DNA of 32,000 bases, from NCBI GenBank assembly GCA_001192655.1, contig BBVC01000020.1, positions 1-32,000 on the forward strand, in the 5' to 3' direction. Source of the stretch: Caedimonas varicaedens (GTDB lineage: Bacteria; Pseudomonadota; Alphaproteobacteria; Caedimonadales; Caedimonadaceae). A program made the translations under genes and the position numbers. The notes under the pieces were generated by a model, which saw only the letters and a program-made list of their open reading frames with translations, did no database searches and was not told the DNA's origin. Numbering within the stretch: position 1 is the stretch's first letter; each line of letters starts with the position of its first letter. Positions 1 to 6,176 of this stretch are shown here, piece after piece.

Positions 1-71
1 CCGATGTTGACAGTAAATGCCCATAGCAGATGCTTAAAAATGTTTGAAACTCTGTCATTTTTTAGCATTTT

Positions 72-102
72 GAGAGGAAAAAGCAAGATTTAAGGTCTTG
101 CT
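72..102 (-). terminator. Putative intrinsic terminator downstream of the integrase gene
   Basis: On the minus strand, right after the integrase TAA (104-106), a 7-bp stem AGCAAGA/TCTTGCT (plus coords 82-88 and 96-102) has a 7-nt loop and is followed by a TTTT-rich run. Confidence 0.45.
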
Positions 103-103
103 C

Positions 104-1264
104 TTAACCAAATACTTCAGACATTTTATTACTTGCATCTTTTAGCTTCTCTAATTCCAAATGAGCATATCGAGTGGTCGTCACAATGTTTTTGTGACCT
201 AAGAGCTTGGAAACCGTGTAAAGATCGACACCTTGAGCTAATGAGAAACTTGCAAAAGAATGGCGAAGATCATGAATTCTAAGATTTTTTATTCCTGAGA
301 GTTTGAGAATGTTAGACCACGTAAATTGTATAGTTGTTAATCTTGTGCCTGATACTCTGCCATAAAAAACGTAAGGATTTTCGTCTTGTTTGATGAGTGT
401 TTTCAATAAATCAATCGCTTTTTGATTAAGAGGTCTAGCGCTTTCTCCGGTTTTAGTGTCCGACAAGTGAATATATTTCTCTTTTAAATGAACGTCTTCC
501 CATTTTAAATTTAAAATTTCCCCTAATCTGCATCCTGTATATAATAAAAGTCTCACAACATTAACGGCACAATAAGCGCTCTTACGTTCCCTTTCTTGCT
601 CACAAAGTGCCTCTTCTAGTTTTAGCAGTTCTTGTCGACTTAAAAATCTTTGTTTTTTATTTTCTTTATATTTAGCTATTCTGACACATGGATTGCTATG
701 AGCAGGTAAATATTCCCACTCTTCTGCCTTACGAAAAACCATTCTTAATAAAGCAAAACATCGATTGGCGGTAGTTGTCTGATGAGATAAAGAATGAAGG
801 AATTGTCGAATATCCTGAGAAGAAATATCATGCAGTTGTTTCTGCTGAAAGTAAGGTAAAATATGTACACGCTTATAACTATACAAGGCTCTTTGTGTAT
901 TCTTTTTATAAGCCCTGTCAAAATATTTATCCTGAAATATTTCAAAAAAATCGCCAAACAAGATTGATTGCTTTTGCTCTACTATTTTTTCTTGTTTTTG
1001 CTCTTTAGGGTCTTGCCCTGATGCTACAATTCCAGAGAGCTTTTTAGCTTCAGTTCTTGCTTCATCAACGGTGATATTACCATGTACTCCAATTTTAAGA
1101 AAAATCTTTTTCTGAGTCAGAGGAGAACGATAGACAAACATATAAGTTTTCTTCCTAGACGGCCATATACGACATCCAAAACCTTTGACTTCAGAATCCC
1201 AGATAAAATAATCTTTATCCTTAACAATAGATTGATCTATAACACTTTTAATTAATTTTCCCAT
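104..1264 (-). CDS. Tyrosine recombinase / phage-type integrase (P4-like, with N-terminal Arm DNA-binding DUF4102-type domain)
   Basis: The N-terminus DKDYFIWDSEVKGFGCRIWPSRKKTYMFVYR is typical of the DUF4102 arm-binding domain. The catalytic signature looks intact: R in TGCRLGEI, HDLRHSF (H-x-x-R) and LLGHKNIVTTTRYAHL (nucleophile Tyr). I place the start at ATG 1264 (MGKLIK), preceded by GGAGACCATA, not at the longest-ORF start 1321. Confidence 0.9.
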   Translation of the reverse strand: MGKLIKSVIDQSIVKDKDYFIWDSEVKGFGCRIWPSRKKTYMFVYRSPLTQKKIFLKIGVHGNITVDEARTEAKKLSGIVASGQDPKEQKQEKIVEQKQSILFGDFFEIFQDKYFDRAYKKNTQRALYSYKRVHILPYFQQKQLHDISSQDIRQFLHSLSHQTTTANRCFALLRMVFRKAEEWEYLPAHSNPCVRIAKYKENKKQRFLSRQELLKLEEALCEQERERKSAYCAVNVVRLLLYTGCRLGEILNLKWEDVHLKEKYIHLSDTKTGESARPLNQKAIDLLKTLIKQDENPYVFYGRVSGTRLTTIQFTWSNILKLSGIKNLRIHDLRHSFASFSLAQGVDLYTVSKLLGHKNIVTTTRYAHLELEKLKDASNKMSEVFG

Positions 1265-1468
1265 TATGGTCTCCTTTTTTATAGCTACCACATAGCTACC
1301 ATCAGAATGAGGGGAAAGCAACTTAATATGATAAATATCGCACGATAATAGCTCTTAAAAAGAGTAATTTTATAAGGAAGCTCTAAGAGTTTATTGGTTT
1401 TTCTAGGGTTCTAGGATTTTAATATTATTAGATTTAATGTCAAACATTTTCATGAGTATGCTCAACGA

Positions 1469-1514
1469 GAACACCGTCCTGTGGAGGGCATGATGTTTCA
1501 CCAGGACGGTGTTC
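1469..1514. repeat. 13-bp perfect inverted repeat (GAACACCGTCCTG / CAGGACGGTGTTC) with 20-nt spacer
   Basis: Read directly: left arm 1469-1481, right arm 1502-1514. It lies between the integrase upstream region and the transposase remnant. Function unknown; it could be an IS-related or stem-loop remnant. Confidence 0.6.
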
Positions 1515-1551
1515 AACCCATCGGTGGATTCCAAAGCCCTGGATTATAACC

Positions 1552-1794
1552 TTGATCACATCATCACGATGTTGGTCGATCGAAAACAATTTACATTGAG
1601 TCTTGGATATCAGTTTTCGAGATGATGAATCGCGTATGAGAAAAGGCTATGCACCAGAAAATATTTGCATCGTCAAGCATATGGTTTTAAATCTACTCCA
1701 GAAAGCAAAGGAAAAGAGGGATTCTGTCAAGCAGTTTAGAAAGGTAGAAGGTTGGGATTATAAAGTCCTACTCTTTACTCTTTCTCGTACTTAA
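1552..1794 (+). pseudogene. ISAs1-family (H-repeat-associated) transposase, C-terminal fragment with in-frame stop
   Basis: Translation gives ...SSRCWSIENNLH*VLDISFRDDESRMRKGYAPENICIVKHMVLNLLQ...KVEGWDYKVLL. This matches the conserved ISAs1 C-terminus (HWSIENxLHWxLDVxFxEDxSRxRKGxAPENxxxxRxxALNLL). A TGA at 1597-1599 replaces the conserved Trp codon. The N-terminal roughly three quarters of a transposase is absent, and I saw no terminal inverted repeats. Confidence 0.75.
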
Positions 1795-1991
1795 TAAATG
1801 AGTCAGACCTGTTGCAAATATGCCTATATAGACATATTTTTCGATAAAATTCATATCTATCTAAAAGGAAAAGCGTTGAAAATTTCTTTCCTATGAGCTA
1901 CATACCTATCCTCGAAAACGCCGAGGTCTTTCGTAAAAAGCATATATAAATAAATCTGTGAATGTAGCTTATAAAGTAAAATCATATATTT

Positions 1992-2019
1992 TTGACTTTA
2001 AAGAAATTATTAATATTAT
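1992..2019 (+). promoter_or_regulatory. Candidate sigma70-type promoter for the 745-aa ORF
   Basis: TTGACT (1992-1997), a 16-nt spacer, then TATTAT (2014-2019), about 50 nt upstream of ATG 2070. The background is very AT-rich, so a chance match is plausible. Confidence 0.25.
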
Positions 2020-2069
2020 ATATATAAAATAATACTTATGAGATTACTATTGTAATTTAGAGTATTATT

Positions 2070-4307
2070 ATGATTAAAAAATCAAACTCAAAGTCAATTT
2101 TTGATGAAGTGTATAAATTTTATCAAAATTTTTTCAATACATCTCAGGATATTTATAAGAGCCTCATTGACATACAGGAGCAGAGTATTGAGGAATTTTC
2201 AGATTTTATCTTGCAGAAAAACCCCTTTAATTCTTTACAGACAAGAGAAGAAATTCCTGCAAAAAAAACCACTAAAAATAGAAATAGACGGCGTAAAATC
2301 GGGCTTGGATTGGGTTTGGGACTTATGAGTTTGCTTAATACATCCTCGTCACTTGCGGCAGGTTTAACGGAACAAATGTCGCCTTCTTCCTTATTTAATA
2401 TTGCCAAAATCAGTCGCGGTGTTTCTCAAAAAAATAAACCAGAACATATAAAAATACAGGTGTCCGTCAATGATATTCTAAAGCTCTATCAGAATGGTTT
2501 AAATAAACAAATGGAGATTTCTTCAAAAGCTATGCAGCAATTTTATAGTAATCCTTTTTCATTTTCCCAAAATATGTATCAGGCGATTATGAATGGAAGT
2601 ACCCAGAATGGATTGAAAAATTTTGATGTTACAAACTCTCTATCTAAAACAACTGAAGCGTCAAAAGAAGATGTCACACCAAAAACTTCTCAAAAGAATT
2701 TGGCCACGGGTGTGGTTGTTTCAGAATCTTCTAAACTTCTTAAAAAACTTCGGACTGTTCCGGAAGAAGAGAAAAATCTTTATGCCAAAGGTATAGCAAC
2801 AAAAACTGATTCTACAAAAACAAAGGACTCTTACAAGCCGGAGATTAAGACTCAACATCTGGATATGCTGAAAGAACTAAAGGCTAAATTTGCTGATGCT
2901 GAGAAAGATCAGGACCTTTCTGTCAAACAAAATATCAAAAGCCTGAATGAGATCACAGATAAACTGGTTCATACACCTACAGGGGCTTTTTTCAAGCATG
3001 TTTATGCAGGAAAAAGAGATATGGAGCAATCCTTATCTCAGACTGTCAAAATTATGCTGAACAAAATTATGCAAGATGAAAAAAGCAAAAATAGAATTGC
3101 AAGCGAACATATTGTTAATTCATTGAAATCAAACTTTAAAAGTGTAGAAAAAGATGTCACCGAGTTATGTCAGCAGGTTTTGATCAATTCTACAGCCTAT
3201 GGAGAAGATTATTATACTTTCTATCATGGGCATGGTAACGCTTTAAGGCTCTATATTGACTTGCTGAGAGAGATTAAATCCTATGAAGTCATTCAAAATC
3301 TCGATTTAACAAACCCCCTAAGAGATAAGAGCTTTGCCAGTAAAGATAATACGGTTGATGAAATTTTGGATCAGTATGAAGAAAAAGCCCTAGATTTTGC
3401 GGCACGAAATAACGTTAATCTTTATGATAGCAAGAGAGGGATGGGCGTTGGATTTGCTCCTGATAAAATCGAATTCTTTAGAGATAACGTAATTTCCACG
3501 AACATTAACCTTTTTGGAAACATGAATACCCTTGCAGAATGCACCCTTTTTTATTGGCTTGATTCATTTAATATCAGTAATCCCAATGAAGCTTTGGTGA
3601 AGAACCTTTTAAAGCGCATATTGCCCAATGTCTCTGAAGACATCCTTAATCAGAGAATGACAAAATATACCAACCTTTATAATGATTTGATGAAGGAAAC
3701 TGGGGGAAACCTGATGCAAATTCATGTCCATAAATCAATTGTAGACGATATCAGCTTTGCATCGTGGATGAAGGGGATTCCTGTCTTGCTTGACAAAGAA
3801 ACAGGGAAACTTGCCACAAGGGGATCAAATAATAAGCCTGTGCCTGTTTTGACAGACAAGGAAAATAAGTATGAACGGCCGAAGGCCAGTTCTTATATGG
3901 ATCTTTTTACCGAAAATCCCGATGAGTTTATTTCTAAGTATTCCGACTTTTCCAACAAAGCTCGTGTGAGCTCCAAAGATCGTCTTGAATCTTATGACCG
4001 CCCTCAAATGAGGCTGATTATTGATCCTAAATATTTTAATGATCCTGAATTGGTCAAGGTCAGTCAATTTACTCGGTTTAAGGCAAGCGAAGATGCTTTG
4101 GACAACTATCAGCAAAATCTGAAGAATTTCCTTAAGGAAGATGTTGCTTTATTCCTTGAAGAAATGCAAAAAGGCAAGGCAGAGGGACAGGCTGGAAATC
4201 CTCTCACTAAATTAAATCAGTTTGTTGAAGAAGGAACCGAGTTTATCTATCAAAAAGAAGCCACAAAAGGTCTAGGCAAAAAGGGGGTAGATATAGAGGA
4301 TGAGTAA
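2070..4307 (+). CDS. Hypothetical protein, 745 aa, no recognisable family (candidate secreted/effector-like protein)
   Basis: A long uninterrupted ORF in a strongly AT-rich stretch with Lys/Asn/Glu/Ser-rich composition. No catalytic or structural motif I can name. The only antisense ORFs across it are short. The Shine-Dalgarno is weak (agag). Confidence 0.8.
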   Translation: MIKKSNSKSIFDEVYKFYQNFFNTSQDIYKSLIDIQEQSIEEFSDFILQKNPFNSLQTREEIPAKKTTKNRNRRRKIGLGLGLGLMSLLNTSSSLAAGLTEQMSPSSLFNIAKISRGVSQKNKPEHIKIQVSVNDILKLYQNGLNKQMEISSKAMQQFYSNPFSFSQNMYQAIMNGSTQNGLKNFDVTNSLSKTTEASKEDVTPKTSQKNLATGVVVSESSKLLKKLRTVPEEEKNLYAKGIATKTDSTKTKDSYKPEIKTQHLDMLKELKAKFADAEKDQDLSVKQNIKSLNEITDKLVHTPTGAFFKHVYAGKRDMEQSLSQTVKIMLNKIMQDEKSKNRIASEHIVNSLKSNFKSVEKDVTELCQQVLINSTAYGEDYYTFYHGHGNALRLYIDLLREIKSYEVIQNLDLTNPLRDKSFASKDNTVDEILDQYEEKALDFAARNNVNLYDSKRGMGVGFAPDKIEFFRDNVISTNINLFGNMNTLAECTLFYWLDSFNISNPNEALVKNLLKRILPNVSEDILNQRMTKYTNLYNDLMKETGGNLMQIHVHKSIVDDISFASWMKGIPVLLDKETGKLATRGSNNKPVPVLTDKENKYERPKASSYMDLFTENPDEFISKYSDFSNKARVSSKDRLESYDRPQMRLIIDPKYFNDPELVKVSQFTRFKASEDALDNYQQNLKNFLKEDVALFLEEMQKGKAEGQAGNPLTKLNQFVEEGTEFIYQKEATKGLGKKGVDIEDE

Positions 4308-4392
4308 TTCTGATATAGACCTTGTTAGCAAAGTAATCGAGTGAGATTCTCATTATTCACAAAAGAAGATTCTTAAAATTTTTAGAAAATTC

Positions 4393-4421
4393 TTGACATA
4401 AATTGCCAGAAAGCCTATCAA
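4393..4421 (+). promoter_or_regulatory. Candidate sigma70-type promoter upstream of birA
   Basis: TTGACA (4393-4398), a 17-nt spacer, then TATCAA (4416-4421), about 100 nt upstream of the birA ATG. Confidence 0.3.
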
Positions 4422-4523
4422 GAGCTTTCCACGTACCAGATCTCTTGATTTTATAATTTCTCTATCCTGATAAAGGGTAAGCATCAATTTCAACACTCAT
4501 AACTTAGATATGGAGTATTTGTA

Positions 4524-5342
4524 ATGATAAATTATCTAAAGACAGTCTTATATGGATATTTATTATTTTGTTCGTTGTGTTTTGCAAGTTCTACTGTTAC
4601 GGAGTCATTCATAGATTTGGGAGAGACGAAGGTATTGAGAAAGCACTATTCTGAAGTTTCTTCCACACAAGATGAAATAGAGAAATATTTAGAGAATGTT
4701 TCTCCTCATCAATGGGTTATGGTTTCTGCAGACAAACAAGAGGGCGGTAGGGGGCTTTGGGGACGTCGCTGGGTGTCTCCTGAAGGCAATGTCTTTTTGA
4801 CTTATAGCTTGTTTATGGAGCCGATGAGAGCCAGATATCTGCCCATTATTCCAGCGTTGGCTGTTAGAAACACTTTGAAAGAATATGGTTTGAGTTCAAA
4901 GCTCAGATGGGTAAATAATGTTCTTGTCAATAATCAAAAAATAGGCGGGATTTTGTGCGAGGGTGCCTTTCAATTCCCTTATTTCCAGGCAAAAATTGGA
5001 ATTGGTATCAATGTAAATATGACAAAAGAAGTCTGTGACACTATCGACCAGCCTGTGACGTCCCTCTCATGTTTATTGAAAAAGGAAGTGTCCACTGAAG
5101 ACGTGATTCAAAAAGTAACAAAACATCTTTACGCGTTGCTTTCCAATCCACAAAATGATGCCGGTCTCATTTCTGATTATCATCGATCTTTGACTTATAT
5201 AGATGAAAAAGTTCAGATTTTTGACGGTAAACAATACTATGGAGGAGTTTTTAAAGGTGTGAACGATTTCGGTCATTTAATCCTTCAAATGGTTTCAGGT
5301 GAGGAAACATTCTCTTCAGGAGAAATTGTCCCGCGGCAATAA
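4524..5342 (+). CDS. birA: Biotin--[acetyl-CoA-carboxylase] ligase (group I BirA, no N-terminal HTH)
   Basis: Carries the BPL signature QEGGRGLWGRRWVSPEGNVFLTYSL (GRGRxGRxWxSPxG), an upstream SSTQDE (STN/STQ motif) and KIGGILCE. ATG 4524 is preceded by GGAG (4511-4514). The first ~24 residues are hydrophobic and atypical; an alternative TTG start at 4635 is discussed in findings. Confidence 0.85.
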   Translation: MINYLKTVLYGYLLFCSLCFASSTVTESFIDLGETKVLRKHYSEVSSTQDEIEKYLENVSPHQWVMVSADKQEGGRGLWGRRWVSPEGNVFLTYSLFMEPMRARYLPIIPALAVRNTLKEYGLSSKLRWVNNVLVNNQKIGGILCEGAFQFPYFQAKIGIGINVNMTKEVCDTIDQPVTSLSCLLKKEVSTEDVIQKVTKHLYALLSNPQNDAGLISDYHRSLTYIDEKVQIFDGKQYYGGVFKGVNDFGHLILQMVSGEETFSSGEIVPRQ

Positions 5343-5389
5343 GATGGAAAGCTGGCAAGTTTTGTATAAAGTTTTTACCAATCCAATTC

Positions 5390-5418
5390 TTGCAAAGGGA
5401 AAGATTCCCTGATATAAC
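5390..5418 (+). promoter_or_regulatory. Candidate sigma70-type promoter for the rpmI-rplT(-pheST) operon
   Basis: TTGCAA (5390-5395), a 17-nt spacer, then TATAAC (5413-5418). The spacer contains the inverted repeat AGGGAA-AGA-TTCCCT. This would leave a leader of about 95 nt before the rpmI ATG at 5517. Confidence 0.35.
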
Positions 5419-5516
5419 GCAAAGATTCATGTGTGGCGTGGCGACGAGTTACTTAGAAACTCAGGGCATGCCTGGTCACCGTGAGTCTTAATCATCAACT
5501 CTAAAGGATTGAGGAA

Positions 5517-5717
5517 ATGCCCAAGTTAAAAACGAAAAGCAGCGTCAAGAAGCGGTTCAAGCTTACCGCTACTGGCAAGGTTATCATGGGCCAAATGGGA
5601 AAGCGCCACGGAATGATAAAGCGCACCAACAAAATGATTCGAAACGCGCGCGGTACCGCGATTATGAGCGAAAGCAGCGCACGTATGATTCGTAGCTTTA
5701 TGCCCTACGGCGAATAA
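5517..5717 (+). CDS. rpmI: 50S ribosomal protein L35
   Basis: [22 protein letters not shown] is the canonical L35 N-terminus. The RBS GAGGA lies just upstream, and the gene sits directly upstream of rplT. Confidence 0.97.
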   Translation: MPKLKTKSSVKKRFKLTATGKVIMGQMGKRHGMIKRTNKMIRNARGTAIMSESSARMIRSFMPYGE

Positions 5718-5728
5718 GGAGAAGGTTC

Positions 5729-6094
5729 ATGGCTCGTGTAAAAAGAGGGGTTACGACCCACGCTCGTCATAAAAAAATTCTGAAAATGGCTTCAGGCTAT
5801 CGCGGTCGCGCCAAAGATTGCTATCGCATTGCTATAGAAAAAGTCGAAAAAGGACTTCAATACGCCTATCGCGATCGTCGTGTGCGCAAACGTGATTTTC
5901 GCGCTTTGTGGATTCAGCGTATTAATGCAGCATCCCGTCAGTTTGGTTTGACGTATTCTCAATTTATGAATGGTATTCATAAAGCGGGAATTGAGGTTGA
6001 TCGCAAGGTTTTGGCTGATTTGGCTGCTCGTGAACCAGAAACGTTTAAAAGCCTGATTGATCAGGCAAACGCGGCACTTGCGAAGACAGTCTAG
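5729..6094 (+). CDS. rplT: 50S ribosomal protein L20
   Basis: [27 protein letters not shown] is the canonical L20 N-terminus. The RBS AAGGAGAAGG lies upstream. Confidence 0.97.
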   Translation: MARVKRGVTTHARHKKILKMASGYRGRAKDCYRIAIEKVEKGLQYAYRDRRVRKRDFRALWIQRINAASRQFGLTYSQFMNGIHKAGIEVDRKVLADLAAREPETFKSLIDQANAALAKTV

Positions 6095-6111
6095 CAGTCT
6101 GTTATGAAAGC

Positions 6112-6157
6112 GCCCTTTCAAGGGCTTTTAAAGAGCCGCCTGTGTTGCGGCTTTTTT
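6112..6157 (+). terminator. Tandem intrinsic terminator/attenuator-like hairpins between rplT and pheS
   Basis: Hairpin 1 is GCCCT (6112-6116) / AGGGC (6121-6125) with a 4-nt loop, followed by TTTT. Hairpin 2 is AGCCGC (6134-6139) / GCGGCT (6147-6152) with a 7-nt loop, then more T residues through 6157. The pheS ATG follows 19 nt later. Confidence 0.75.
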
Positions 6158-6176
6158 CATTTAAGGACAAGGTAAG

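Noticed and set aside
1-1551. Expected tRNA/tmRNA integration target next to the tyrosine integrase
   Set aside because: I read both flanks (1-103 and 1265-1551) and found no cloverleaf-compatible sequence, T-loop (GTTCRANYC) or CCA-type end. If a target exists, it lies outside the window.
1597-1599. TGA at a conserved Trp position of the transposase, as possible evidence for TGA=Trp recoding (genetic code 4)
   Set aside because: Housekeeping genes in the window clearly terminate at TGA (pheS, pheT, surE, the ABC exporter) and encode Trp with TGG. The transposase is also truncated. A simple nonsense mutation in a pseudogene explains it.
2301-2324. Short tandem DNA repeat GGGCTTGGATTGGGTTTGGGACTT, as a possible VNTR or CRISPR-like repeat
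   Set aside because: It is just four imperfect 6-nt units encoding (Gly-Leu)4 inside the orphan ORF. There are no spacers and no array structure.
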